64,000 nt of DNA from Chloroflexota bacterium (GCA_018829775.1 JAHJTL010000005.1:6506-70505), one strand, 5' to 3'; positions 1 through 9,787 are shown, counted from the stretch's first letter. Notes: generated by a model from the letters alone, not told the origin. Translations and numbers: made by a program.

Positions 1-619
1 CCAGTTCAAGAATCTTTCCACCCGCTGCCTCAAATGCTGCCTTGAATGCTTCAGCGAGCCCCTGGCCGTAGGCATTATTGACGTACAGCGCAGAGGCTGT
101 GCCATAGCCCAGCTCTTTGGCGAGGCGTCCCATGATGACACCCTGGATTGCATCGGAAACGGTGGTGCGGAAGAGAAAGTCGCCGTCCGCCAGTACCGTA
201 ATGGCTGGTGAAGTGGATGCGGCCGAAATCTGCAATATTTGACTTGGGCCGGTTACCGATTCCGCAACGGCTATGCTCACTCCGCTGGAAAGGGCGCCGA
301 CAACAGCCGCAACCCTATCTATATCAACCAGCGCTCTCGCCGAATCGACTCCCTGCACCGGATTGGTAGCGGTGTCTCTGGCGACAAGGGTAATAGGAGC
401 ACCCTGTATACCACCTGCCAGGTTAATGTGGTCCGCTGCTAACTGCCCTGCGTTGCGGTGTGCTGCGCCAAAATCGGAGAGGTCACCGGTGAAGCTGTTA
501 AGCTGACCTATTTTCAGCGGTGTAATTTGCGCAGCTTCGGGGGCACATCCGCCCACTATTAGTGCGCTGATGATTGCTATTGATATAACCATTGGCAAAA
601 TCACTTTTAGTCTATGCAT
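1..619 (-). CDS. ABC transporter substrate-binding lipoprotein, branched-chain amino acid (Leu/Ile/Val-binding, PBP type 1) family; N-terminal part only, gene continues past the left edge
   Basis: Not in the ORF track because there is no stop in the window. My reverse-strand translation from ATG 619-617 reads MHRLKVILPMVISIAIISALIVGGCAPEAAQITPLKIGQLNSFTGDLSDFGAAHRNAGQLAADHINLAGGIQGAPITLVARDT... It has a signal peptide plus lipobox (VGGC), then a typical LivJ-like N-lobe. GGAGGTG SD at 625-631. Confidence 0.75.
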   Translation of the reverse strand, partial: MHRLKVILPMVISIAIISALIVGGCAPEAAQITPLKIGQLNSFTGDLSDFGAAHRNAGQLAADHINLAGGIQGAPITLVARDTATNPVQGVDSARALVDIDRVAAVVGALSSGVSIAVAESVTGPSQILQISAASTSPAITVLADGDFLFRTTVSDAIQGVIMGRLAKELGYGTASALYVNNAYGQGLAEAFKAAFEAAGGKILEL

Positions 620-732
620 ATTTTCACCTCCTCTATTTGAGAGTTTTCTGGATTAAACATGGTCGTCTTGAAATATTTTATCTCTAAAGGCGTCACCTCC
701 ATTTTATTAAATGTAATTATGTATAAAGGAAC

Positions 733-761
733 AATATAGCATTATCCCTAAGCTGTGTCAA
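733..761 (-). promoter_or_regulatory. sigma-70-type promoter candidate for the ABC binding-protein gene
   Basis: Minus strand reads TTGACA (761-756), 17-nt spacer, TATATT (738-733). It implies a ~100-nt leader. Confidence 0.45.
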
Positions 762-956
762 GGCTAACGCACAAAAACGGCTCTATTTATCCTGTTTGTG
801 TGCGTAATAAACCATGCTTGAACATTTTCCCGTAGGTAATAGAGGGGAAAATTATAATAAGCCGTTTTTGGGTTTGATATTTGATGTGATAGAATTTAAC
901 CACCAATTTTCGTTTCAAGCCTTTCTAAATGTTGTGAAAGTTACGCGTAACATCAA

Positions 957-1709
957 TTATCGGCGGCGTGTCTTATCCAAAGCCATCTGCGCTCCCAGCA
1001 TAAGAAAGGTATCATCATCATCCACAGATACAAATTTGAAACCTTTATCCAGTGCCCATTCAACGTTGTCTATTGTGGCGAACATACCGGCCGCTTTGCC
1101 GTATCGTTTGGCGGCATCCAGGACCTTATCAAAAGCTGCTGAATACTCCGGCTCATCCCATTTCGGAGGAACACCGAATCCCATTGATACGGAAAGGTCC
1201 CATGGGCCGATATAACAGGCGTCTATGCCGGCTACCGAGAAGATGTCGTCCAGGTTCTTTAATGCGGCAACGGTTTCTATCTGAACCGCAATGAGAAGTT
1301 CATCGTTGGCCGTCTTGAAATAGTCATCGTCGAACATGCCGGCACGCCTTGGCCCCCACCCCCGGATACCTTCCGGCGGGTATTTGCAGAATTTTACGGC
1401 ATTCTCGGCCTCTTCCTTCGAATTGACCCAGGGAATAAGAACCCCATAAGCACCAAGGTCAAGTACACGCTTTATCACCACAGGCTCATTCCATTGGGGT
1501 CGGACAATAGGTACGCAGTCCGTTCCATTCATGCTCTGCATCATTCGTTGCAGAGATTCAAAATCTGCGGGGGAATGTTCAGCGTCAAGTAACAGCCAGT
1601 CAAACCCCAATTTTGCCAGCCATTCCGTAATATCAGGATGACCTATTTGCGCGAAAGTACCTATTACGGCTTCTCCCCGCGTTAATTTCTCTTTTAGTGG
1701 GTTTTTCAT
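957..1709 (-). CDS. HpcH/HpaI-family 2-keto-3-deoxy-acid aldolase
   Basis: 250-aa ORF with family-typical N-terminus (LKEKLTRGEAVIGTF), LLLDAEHSP and PIVRP segments. GGAGGT SD 8 nt upstream (1718-1723). Confidence 0.85.
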   Translation of the reverse strand: MKNPLKEKLTRGEAVIGTFAQIGHPDITEWLAKLGFDWLLLDAEHSPADFESLQRMMQSMNGTDCVPIVRPQWNEPVVIKRVLDLGAYGVLIPWVNSKEEAENAVKFCKYPPEGIRGWGPRRAGMFDDDYFKTANDELLIAVQIETVAALKNLDDIFSVAGIDACYIGPWDLSVSMGFGVPPKWDEPEYSAAFDKVLDAAKRYGKAAGMFATIDNVEWALDKGFKFVSVDDDDTFLMLGAQMALDKTRRR

Positions 1710-1858
1710 TTCTCAGAACCTCCTATCAATAAACAATGTTGAAATGTAGAATCGTGTGACAGAATTATAGAACAATTAGAGTGATTATTAAACTGATAAA
1801 CAGGCGGGCTGGGGCAGGGAGATCAGAGTTGCTCAATAGTTGAACTACCAGAGAATTT

Positions 1859-3538
1859 TTATCTATTTTTGCTCATTCTTTTCTCTGTTCTGCGTATCAT
1901 ATACCAGATAAACAGTATAAGCAGGCCACCAATTACGGCTAATGTATACATCAGCCAGTCGGGCATCTCGGATACGGGAGCTATTTTAATTTCACCAGTC
2001 TCGGTCCATTCTCCAGCATTTGAAGCGCTATCCACCGCGCGTAATCTCCAGTAATATGACCTTCTTGGGTGCAACAACTGGGTTGTACTTGAATCCACCA
2101 GGTATTCGGAATCGGTCAATCCTGTCTTCTCAAGAAAGATGCCCTCTGCTGAGAAACCGACATCGTTGGCTAATTGGAAGGTGTAAGTTACCGGCATGCT
2201 CTCGTCAGTGACATCTTCCCAATCAATAAAGATTTCAGCTCCTTCTTTTACCACCAGCGAGGTACCCAACAATAGATTCGGTTTTTCTGGAGCTTCCGTT
2301 TCAACTGCAAAGGCTAATTCTTTGATATTGAGGCCATCGCTTATGGTTATGATATGTTCGCCGTGCTCGCTGATTGGGATATTGAAAGAGGTCAGGAATA
2401 TTCCTCTCGTATTAATGGCAGTTGACGTTACCGACTTATTGTCATATTTAATGGTTAAAGTTCCACTCTCAACAAACCCTGTACCGCTGACAACCACTTC
2501 TACCCCAACATGACCGCTTAACCGGTTAATCTCGATAATAGCGGGTTGCTTGGGCGGTTCAGGAGACGAGGGCTTGGGAGTAGTAATTATTGTAAATTTG
2601 GCTATTTGTATATTTTCACCGTCATCGATTTCTATTTCATATAATCCCGCGTCCAGATCCGGTATGGAAAATGTAGCTACAAAGTCTCCCACGCTATCGG
2701 TCTGTTTAGTGGCTACCTCGGCTTTATCAAAATATATGGCAACGTTTTTCCTTCTGCCAAAGCCGGTGCCCAGAACTGTAACCGATGTCTCTGCCGCTCC
2801 CGACGTTGGATTGACGGTGACATCGGGTTCCACGGTGAATTCTGCAATTACTGCGTTTTCCGCCTGGATAACGGTAATACTGTGTATTCCAGCGGTGCTT
2901 TTCGGAATAGTAAGATAAGCGGTAAAATTACCCGAGCTATCGGTCTCTGTATCGCCACTGTCAATACCTAAATCGATTCCATCATAGTGGATGGATATAT
3001 CTTCATCGGGAAAAAAGTCAGTTCCTATGATTTCGACAGAAGTACCTACCGTGCCTTCATCCGGCTCAATGGCAATATCGCCGAGGCCGACTTCGAATTC
3101 CGCGACTGCCCTGATTCTCGGTGCCAGGACATTGCCCATATAGTGGCAAACGTATATGTAATAAATGCCGGCATGTATCTTTTCTTCATCGGCGCCGTCA
3201 TTTAATTCCTCGGGCACAACAAATTCTGTGTCAAATTCGCCATCGTAATTTAACCAGACCCCTTCCGCAACAAGCTCGTACCTGGTAACATCGCTGTCTA
3301 TGTCATCATCTGTGGTCGCTTCTTCACTGGAAAAGAAGACAGCCGCAAATTTATCGGAGTCGGCCGTGCTTTTGTTAAAGCCCTCACCGGCGACTCTGAT
3401 TTTATCTCCTATCCCTCCTTCAGAAGGGTATACATATATTGCCCTTTCTTCTTGAGCGAGTGCGGAAAGCTCAGGTTGTGTAAAAAGGCAGAGAAAAGAT
3501 GCCAGCCATGTCAGGAAAATTATTTTGAGGATGTTCAC
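1859..3538 (-). CDS. Secreted, membrane-anchored surface protein with tandem Ig-like (IPT/TIG-like) repeats and an FN3-like module
   Basis: 559 aa with an N-terminal signal peptide and several ~85-aa beta-rich repeats (..V.V.G.GF..). It also has a Pro-rich linker (TPKPSSPEPPKQP) and a C-terminal TM helix plus basic tail (WLMYTLAVIGGLLILFIWYMIRRTEKR). Confidence 0.6.
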   Translation of the reverse strand: MNILKIIFLTWLASFLCLFTQPELSALAQEERAIYVYPSEGGIGDKIRVAGEGFNKSTADSDKFAAVFFSSEEATTDDDIDSDVTRYELVAEGVWLNYDGEFDTEFVVPEELNDGADEEKIHAGIYYIYVCHYMGNVLAPRIRAVAEFEVGLGDIAIEPDEGTVGTSVEIIGTDFFPDEDISIHYDGIDLGIDSGDTETDSSGNFTAYLTIPKSTAGIHSITVIQAENAVIAEFTVEPDVTVNPTSGAAETSVTVLGTGFGRRKNVAIYFDKAEVATKQTDSVGDFVATFSIPDLDAGLYEIEIDDGENIQIAKFTIITTPKPSSPEPPKQPAIIEINRLSGHVGVEVVVSGTGFVESGTLTIKYDNKSVTSTAINTRGIFLTSFNIPISEHGEHIITISDGLNIKELAFAVETEAPEKPNLLLGTSLVVKEGAEIFIDWEDVTDESMPVTYTFQLANDVGFSAEGIFLEKTGLTDSEYLVDSSTTQLLHPRRSYYWRLRAVDSASNAGEWTETGEIKIAPVSEMPDWLMYTLAVIGGLLILFIWYMIRRTEKRMSKNR

Positions 3539-3581
3539 GATTTGGCTCCTTACTGAAAATTAATTTACCCTGTGGACTTAA

Positions 3582-3609
3582 ATTATAGCTTTATCTGGTG
3601 AGATGTCAA
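3582..3609 (-). promoter_or_regulatory. Strong sigma-70-type promoter (copy 1 of the recurrent module) for the surface-protein gene
   Basis: Minus strand reads GGTATTGACATCTCACCAGATAAAGCTATAATT, i.e. TTGACA-N16-TATAAT, about 40 nt upstream of the start at 3538. Confidence 0.7.
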
Positions 3610-3762
3610 TACCTGTAACGAACTGGAATGGAGTAGAGGATAGGTTGAAAATCATGGGTAACCGCCGGAGAAATGTTCACACAAATCTAACTGGAATTCG
3701 ATAAATTGCAGATATTACTAAAGAAGCGGTGGTGACAGTACTAAAAGGTTAGGTTAAGGTGC

Positions 3763-3790
3763 TTGTATATGATTACAGGAGGCTTATAAT
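3763..3790 (+). promoter_or_regulatory. Promoter candidate for the GIY-YIG gene
   Basis: TTGTAT (3763-3768), 16-nt spacer, TATAAT (3785-3790). Confidence 0.45.
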
Positions 3791-3822
3791 AGCAGTACGC
3801 GAATAAACAGGGGGTGTTGGAG

Positions 3823-4125
3823 ATGGTGCTCATGGGGGATGTCTTCAGATTCGCGGAAGATTCCATTGATTCTGCCCCGGAACGAGAGGGCGTTTATGCT
3901 CTATATCGAGGTAATGAGTTGATTTATATCGGAAAGGCAGAGCAGGGAGATACTATCAGAGCGAGATTGCAGAGCCATTTATCAGGTGAAAACCCGTGCA
4001 CTAAAGAAGCTACTGCTTATCGTTATGAAATCTGTGATTATCCAAGACACAGGGAAGAGTTGTATCTAAAGGTGTACAAAGTGTCTTATTTGAAATTGCC
4101 TCGCTGTAACAATCAGGGCAGTTAG
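3823..4125 (+). CDS. Small stand-alone GIY-YIG domain protein
   Basis: Motif EREGVYALYRGNELIYIGKA...IRARLQSHL matches the GIY...YIG...R...H core. I prefer ATG 3823 (GGGGGTG SD 6 nt upstream) over the GTG at 3814 in the ORF track. Confidence 0.55.
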   Translation: MVLMGDVFRFAEDSIDSAPEREGVYALYRGNELIYIGKAEQGDTIRARLQSHLSGENPCTKEATAYRYEICDYPRHREELYLKVYKVSYLKLPRCNNQGS

Positions 4126-4356
4126 CGTTTAAGTAGTTGCAAACGTACATGCAAATGGACGTGCTGGTGGTTTAATAAAATATCGCTTGCTCCGATATCA
4201 GGAGCATACCCCATTTATTTACCGGTTTAAATCAAGGCAACGGATTCCCTTCCCACATTATTATCTGGTATGTGATATAAGTCATATGCTTGGTGAAATA
4301 TCTATTTTATAATTAATTAATTATGTAGCTGGATTACTACGTGGAGGGCGATGTGA

Positions 4357-4722
4357 ATGGATAGAAACTTGAAGAAAGGCTTGATAATCGGGGGGATAAT
4401 ATTGGCCATACTTGTTATTTCTCCGCTTATTGTAGGAACGATTACAGGATGGGAGGTTTGTAGAACAGAAATGTTTGAACATGGAATGATGGGACCTTGG
4501 ATGATGGGTGGATTTGGTATAGGATGGTTGATGCCCATTTTATGGATTGTGATTATTGGGCTTATAATATGGGCAGTGATATACCTGGTCCGGGGTGTGG
4601 GTGGAACAGGAAGCCAGGACACCATAAAGCAGAGTTCTGCGTTAGAAATCCTCAAGGATAGATACGCACGAGGTGAAATAGGCAAAGAGGAATTTGAGGA
4701 AAAGCGGAAAGACTTAATATAG
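4357..4722 (+). CDS. Membrane protein with C-terminal SHOCT domain
   Basis: Three hydrophobic segments, then ALEILKDRYARGEIGKEEFEEKRKDL, the SHOCT signature. GGAGGG SD upstream. The antisense ORF 4317-4685 is rejected. Confidence 0.7.
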   Translation: MDRNLKKGLIIGGIILAILVISPLIVGTITGWEVCRTEMFEHGMMGPWMMGGFGIGWLMPILWIVIIGLIIWAVIYLVRGVGGTGSQDTIKQSSALEILKDRYARGEIGKEEFEEKRKDLI

Positions 4723-4751
4723 ATAGACCAATCATCCGCAAGGAGCGCAGG

Positions 4752-5336
4752 ATGAGTCTCAAAAAGGCTGTGTTCCTGGCAATGATACTGCTGCTCATGG
4801 GTTCACTTCTTATGCTATCGCTTGGCTGCAGCCGGGAGCCTGAGAACAAAACATTTTCAAATCACGGTTTTTCTTTTAAATATCCCGCAAAGTTCTCCGT
4901 TACCGAAAGAGGGCTGTATGACTATGTAGCCAACGATATCTCAGGCGTGGTTGAAGCCTTTCGGGAAGATGACGAAATCGAGATGTTTCAGACGATTTGG
5001 GTTCACACCAGACCGGGTGAGCTTGAATCTACCGATGATTTGCAAATAATGCTGGAAGATGCTTTTGCCGGCATAGAGAGTGTTGAAAACATTGCCGGCT
5101 TTGACACAAGCGAGTTAGTGGAAACAACCAAGTCAGGTCAGGAACTGCTTTATCAATACTATACTTTCAACTTTGTTGGTGGTGACAGGGTGAACGGAAT
5201 TGTCGGCGTCTTTTATTGTGAAGGCGGTCAGAAGCTGTTTCGGTTGTCGACTATGAACTCTACCATCAGTGACAGGCAAGATGTCCTTGAGGACTTTCAG
5301 AGATATCTGGACTCTTTCGTTTGCCATCAGTCATAA
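4752..5336 (+). CDS. Hypothetical lipoprotein
   Basis: Signal peptide with lipobox (LSLGCS). AAGGAG SD upstream. No recognisable domain. Confidence 0.6.
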   Translation: MSLKKAVFLAMILLLMGSLLMLSLGCSREPENKTFSNHGFSFKYPAKFSVTERGLYDYVANDISGVVEAFREDDEIEMFQTIWVHTRPGELESTDDLQIMLEDAFAGIESVENIAGFDTSELVETTKSGQELLYQYYTFNFVGGDRVNGIVGVFYCEGGQKLFRLSTMNSTISDRQDVLEDFQRYLDSFVCHQS

Positions 5337-5574
5337 CCGGTCCGGTGAATTATCATAATAATACTGACTTCGGCTTTGCTTTCCGGTAAAGAACTCCCCC
5401 GGTAAGAGGGCAGATAAGTCCCGGTGGACTGGGCAAACAGCGCACTGTCCTCAAACCTCACCGGCCTATTATACCTTTGCACTGTACCCAGGCTTTCTCA
5501 TCTCTTTAAATCCTGAGAACAAACCCTGTCCCGGTTGAAATATCTGGTGGTATTCCCAGATAATACTCTAGGTT

Positions 5575-6483
5575 ATGACATTTAACTGGGTAAGTGCATC
5601 GCTGGTAAGTGCGGCCATTCTGGCTATAGTCCATGTCGTGGATAGTCATCTCATCTCAAAACGGCTGCCCAGTGTCCAGTCCTATCTGCTCGTTTTAGGT
5701 TTCATTATACTTATCGTCAGTACCGTGATAATAATATTGTTCCCCCTTCCCAGTCATCTTGATAATACGACACTGGTGGTGGCAATACTCTCCGGCGTGC
5801 TTCGTGCGACATCGGTATATCTTATGTTCTATACCCTGAAACGAGAAGAAGTATCGATGGTGATTCCCATAGTTAATTCTTATCCCATATTAGTGGCACT
5901 ATTCGCCATGCCCATTGTGGGCGAATTCCTGGATACATCACAGTGGATAGCGATGATTATTGTGGTACTTGGGGTAATACTGGCTACATTCAGGGGCGCT
6001 TCGGGCGGTAAAATAACCTGGTCCGGTAGAGTCCTGTGTCTGTTACTTGCCGCCAGCGCATTCTGGGCGCTGTCAGAGGTTATGGCGAAATATGCTCTGG
6101 CAGCAATCTCGCCCTGGCAAATGTATGCGCTCTCGCATTTTTCTATGGCCTTTATTTTTCTGGTTATCTCACTACGACCGCGTATTCTCAGCGAATGGGC
6201 ACGTCACAAAAAAAGAAGTTCAGCGATAATCATAATTATATTTAATGAAACAATCGCCGTTATATCGGTAGTATTATTGTACTGGGCCATGGAAAGGGGG
6301 CCGGTATCGCTGGTCTCCGCTGTTTCCAGCACACGTCCCGTTTTTGTGTTTATCTATGCACTGATTATCAGTCGCTTTTCAGAATTGTTGTTAGAGCGCC
6401 GGGCAAACAAAGGCATATTGTTATTGAGGTTTATAGCGGTTACCATGATTGCCGGTGGTGTAGCTTTAATCTATCTGACTTGA
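5575..6483 (+). CDS. EamA/DMT-superfamily transporter
   Basis: 302 aa, about 10 TM helices arranged as two 5-TM halves, typical of EamA repeats. Confidence 0.8.
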   Translation: MTFNWVSASLVSAAILAIVHVVDSHLISKRLPSVQSYLLVLGFIILIVSTVIIILFPLPSHLDNTTLVVAILSGVLRATSVYLMFYTLKREEVSMVIPIVNSYPILVALFAMPIVGEFLDTSQWIAMIIVVLGVILATFRGASGGKITWSGRVLCLLLAASAFWALSEVMAKYALAAISPWQMYALSHFSMAFIFLVISLRPRILSEWARHKKRSSAIIIIIFNETIAVISVVLLYWAMERGPVSLVSAVSSTRPVFVFIYALIISRFSELLLERRANKGILLLRFIAVTMIAGGVALIYLT

Positions 6484-6491
6484 GAACGGAC

Positions 6492-6872
6492 TTAAAATCT
6501 GTGATATATTGTAAATTCATTCCTGGACAGGGAAACCAGGACCGTAGATACGATACCTAACGGTGGTATCGACAGTATCGCAACGACTGAACCGGTAAGG
6601 GCTAAGCTCCACGCCTTTCTCTGTATTGCGTAAACTCCACCTATTAAGGGCAACGAGCTCAGAACTGCCAACAATATAGCCATAATTATCAGGACCCCGT
6701 GCACCATCCCCGACAACCATATGGGCATCATGTCGGCAATACGAATTATAGACAGAATACCACCGCCAAACGCGGTTAGAAGTCCGATTACAACAAACAT
6801 CCCGAACAGGTTGATAATCCCGGTAATAATGTTGAGGATTCCGGCTACAATGGGCTTCCAGGTTGCTTCCAT
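6492..6872 (-). CDS. Small integral membrane protein (4 TM), unknown function
   Basis: 126-aa hydrophobic ORF that fits the gap between neighbouring genes. Confidence 0.5.
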   Translation of the reverse strand: MEATWKPIVAGILNIITGIINLFGMFVVIGLLTAFGGGILSIIRIADMMPIWLSGMVHGVLIIMAILLAVLSSLPLIGGVYAIQRKAWSLALTGSVVAILSIPPLGIVSTVLVSLSRNEFTIYHRF

Positions 6873-6943
6873 TGCTGTTCAGCTTCCGACGATGATAAGA
6901 AGCGGGGTGGGGCGGGGATAGATAAAATCTTTCCTATAGCAGC

Positions 6944-7360
6944 TCACTTATACTTGGTTTCCAGTATTGAATCCTGCAAATTTTTAAATAACTCGCAAAC
7001 CTTGGCTAACATTGGAACTAAACGTGTTCGATTTAAATCAGGATTTATCAATTGTCTCCTGAACTCCTCGAGGTTTCGCATGATTTCCTCAATGAGCGAT
7101 GATACCTTTGTGCCTTTTATATTTTTAGAAATCGGAATTATAGCACGGGCTTTATACGCTATATTTGTCAGGTCAAACTTGACTTCACTGATATGTTCTA
7201 AAATTAAATCCAGGTTATGACTTTCTTCTATATTGTATTTGATTAAAAGATCATGTATGCTCGTTGACCAATCTACGACATCGCGTAGTGCCTGGTTATG
7301 ACGCTTGGCTCTTCCTGTCAAAGAATCGAATATATCCGAAAAGGCCTTTAGTCTTTCCAT
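6944..7360 (-). CDS. Hypothetical all-helical protein in an AT-rich stretch
   Basis: 138-aa ORF with no recognisable motif. Visibly AT-richer than its surroundings. Confidence 0.45.
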   Translation of the reverse strand: MERLKAFSDIFDSLTGRAKRHNQALRDVVDWSTSIHDLLIKYNIEESHNLDLILEHISEVKFDLTNIAYKARAIIPISKNIKGTKVSSLIEEIMRNLEEFRRQLINPDLNRTRLVPMLAKVCELFKNLQDSILETKYK

Positions 7361-7458
7361 GTTGTTATTATAGCAGATTAAAATAGAAAACTTATCTGTG
7401 GAAGCGGATTATGCTAAAGCTTCTGATGTGGCAGCGATTCTGATTGCTCGCCTATTTT

Positions 7459-7490
7459 AGTACTAAGGTAATAGTGGGAATAGTACTATT
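7459..7490. promoter_or_regulatory. Two copies of the 8-bp palindrome TAGTACTA, 24 bp apart (candidate operator)
   Basis: TAGTACTA at 7459-7466 and 7483-7490, in the divergent intergenic region between 6944-7360 (-) and the HTH gene (+). Confidence 0.35.
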
Positions 7491-7582
7491 GTAATAACCA
7501 AAAGTGGCTACTTTCGATTGATTCACCAGAGATTAAAGATTAGAATCAAGTGTATTTAAAAAGTATCAATAGGAGTTGCGCT

Positions 7583-7816
7583 ATGCCAATAGTAATCGAC
7601 GGAAAAACCTATTATAGAACGGCTGAAGTCTGCCGTATAGCAGGCGTAAGCAAAAGCACTTTTTTCCGATGGCTTCGGCAGGGGTCCTTTATAGACGTCG
7701 CCAACTTCGACCGCAGGGGATGGAGACTGTTTACTAAGGAGGATATAAAAAGACTGAAATCTGAAGTTGGTCAGATAAAACCAGTTAAAGAAAAACAGCA
7801 AGAGAAAAATAGATGA
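7583..7816 (+). CDS. Small MerR-superfamily / excisionase-type helix-turn-helix protein
   Basis: YYRTAEVCRIAGVSKSTFFRWLRQG is a classic HTH_17/MerR N-terminal HTH. ATG 7583 has an AGGAG SD 7 nt upstream, so the ORF-track start 7550 is probably too long. Confidence 0.65.
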   Translation: MPIVIDGKTYYRTAEVCRIAGVSKSTFFRWLRQGSFIDVANFDRRGWRLFTKEDIKRLKSEVGQIKPVKEKQQEKNR

Positions 7817-7883
7817 CGATAAAAGCTAAGACTAGAGTATATCGTTTCCTGTATTCATAATGTGTGGCAGGTAGACAGTTAAT

Positions 7884-9743
7884 ATGTTTCGAGCTTTGAG
7901 AAAAAAACATGTCACGGTAGGTTTATTTATTTCGCTCATCATTGGAGTCGCATTTTGCATGGGTTTCTCCTTCAATTTACTTCACACCCTACAGCAGCGA
8001 AGCAGTGACTTCCTCTTTCAGGCGGCAAACCTGCATCAAGGAGCAGAAACGGATGACAAGGTTGTAATTATCAGTGTCGATGATAAAAGCCTGGGACAAT
8101 TGGGACATTTGTTATCTTGGTCACGGGCTTACCATGCTCGCCTGGTAGATACGCTGGTCAAAGCACAAGCCAGAGTAATCGTTTTTGACCTTCTTTTTGC
8201 AGAATCGGCAGTCGGTGATAATGAACTGGCGACTTCTCTCAGAAACGCAACCAATGTTATTCTCCCTGTCATATCCACGCCAACAATGACCATTCCAACC
8301 GCGACGCGCCAGATACAACAGTCGGGCAGTTTTGTCAGACCATTGCCAATCTTTGAACAGGGAGCTATTGCCATCGGACACGCTAATGTGGTGCCTGATG
8401 CTGATGGGGTGGTAAGAAAATTTCCCATTGCGATCCATGACGGTAGTGATTATGAGCCAGCATTGGCACTGGCAGCGGTGGCCAAATATCTGCGGCGTCC
8501 TGAGGTGATGGAATCACCTATTAAGGACAACAGGTTACCTCTGGCTGGTCGGTTTATCCCGGTCACTGATGATGACGAAATGCTTATTAACTACTTGGCC
8601 AGTCCACAGAGTGATGGCGGTATAGTGAACTTTCACAGCGTTTCGTTTGTGGATGTACTGAATGAGGAGATTGACCTCGCCTGTTTTCAGGATAAAATTG
8701 TCATCATTGGCGCCACCGCCAGCGGTCTTGGGGACAATTTCTGGACACCGATGGGGATAGAAATGAATGGCGTTACCATACATGCCCATGCCATTCACAC
8801 CATTCTGGCTGGCAATTTTCTCAGGCCCGTTTCGCCAGCAATTACGGTTACCTTAATAATAATATTAGCGCTTCTTTGTGGACTGGCGGTGTTGCACCTG
8901 CGGGTAATTACAGCGAGCTTATCAATGTTGTTCCTATGCGTAGCCTATTTTCTAATCGCCTTCTTCTTTTTTGACAATGGCATCGTGCTCAACATGCTGT
9001 ATCCACCGCTGGCCATTGCTGGCACATTTGTAGGGCTAAATCTTTATAACATCATCTACGAACGTTCTGAAAAACGGGAATTAACGGAAACTTTCGGTCG
9101 TTACATATCCCCCCAAGTGGTAGATAAGATACTGACCACTATGAGAGAAGGTGAACTGGAGTTAGGTGGCAAGGAATATGAGGTGACCGTCGCTTTTGCC
9201 GATGTTCGTGGTTTCACCAGCATTGCCGAGAATATCCCACCGGAGGAGTTAGTTACGATATTGAATGTGTATCTGTCCGCCGTGATAGAAGCCGTTCTCA
9301 ACTGCGGGGGCATTATCAATAAATTTGGTGGCGATAGCGTCATGGCCATTTGGAACGCACCGGTAGAGTGTGAGGGACACGCGTTGCTCGCCGTCAAGGC
9401 AGCAGTAAACGCCCAATCTGCGATTAGTGGGTTGAAGGAGAAGGAAAAAACTATTGCCAAGATGGAATTTGGCATTGGCATCAATACGGGCACGGCAGTG
9501 GCCGGCATTATGGGGTCTGAGGACCGCTTAGAATACTCGGTTGTTGGCGACACGGTGAACACCGCGGCCAGGCTGGCCAGTAGCGCGCCTGGAGGCAAGG
9601 TATGGATAGGCAACGGTACATTTGCTGAGGTTGAAGGCCAGATATTGGCAAAGCCATTGAAACCGCTTGTCGTGAGAGGAAAACGCGAACCAATTCAGGC
9701 ATATGAGGTGCTAGATATAGATAGCAACAAATCCGAGGAGTGA
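7884..9743 (+). CDS. CHASE2 sensor domain-containing class III adenylate/guanylate cyclase
   Basis: 619 aa: N-terminal TM, periplasmic CHASE2-like region (VVIISVDDKSL...), three TM helices, then a cyclase homology domain (VTVAFADVRGFTSIAE...GDSVMAIWNAP...GINTG.AVAG...YSVVGDTVNTAARL). Confidence 0.85.
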   Translation: MFRALRKKHVTVGLFISLIIGVAFCMGFSFNLLHTLQQRSSDFLFQAANLHQGAETDDKVVIISVDDKSLGQLGHLLSWSRAYHARLVDTLVKAQARVIVFDLLFAESAVGDNELATSLRNATNVILPVISTPTMTIPTATRQIQQSGSFVRPLPIFEQGAIAIGHANVVPDADGVVRKFPIAIHDGSDYEPALALAAVAKYLRRPEVMESPIKDNRLPLAGRFIPVTDDDEMLINYLASPQSDGGIVNFHSVSFVDVLNEEIDLACFQDKIVIIGATASGLGDNFWTPMGIEMNGVTIHAHAIHTILAGNFLRPVSPAITVTLIIILALLCGLAVLHLRVITASLSMLFLCVAYFLIAFFFFDNGIVLNMLYPPLAIAGTFVGLNLYNIIYERSEKRELTETFGRYISPQVVDKILTTMREGELELGGKEYEVTVAFADVRGFTSIAENIPPEELVTILNVYLSAVIEAVLNCGGIINKFGGDSVMAIWNAPVECEGHALLAVKAAVNAQSAISGLKEKEKTIAKMEFGIGINTGTAVAGIMGSEDRLEYSVVGDTVNTAARLASSAPGGKVWIGNGTFAEVEGQILAKPLKPLVVRGKREPIQAYEVLDIDSNKSEE

Positions 9744-9787
9744 GCGAATCGAACCAGGAATAAATCATGGAAAAAGTGTAACAAAGC

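Noticed and set aside
239-506. ORFs 239-442 and 273-506 on the plus strand
   Set aside because: They are antisense to the clearly recognisable LivJ-like binding-protein gene (1-619, -). They have no SD and Arg/Ser-rich nonsense-like sequence.
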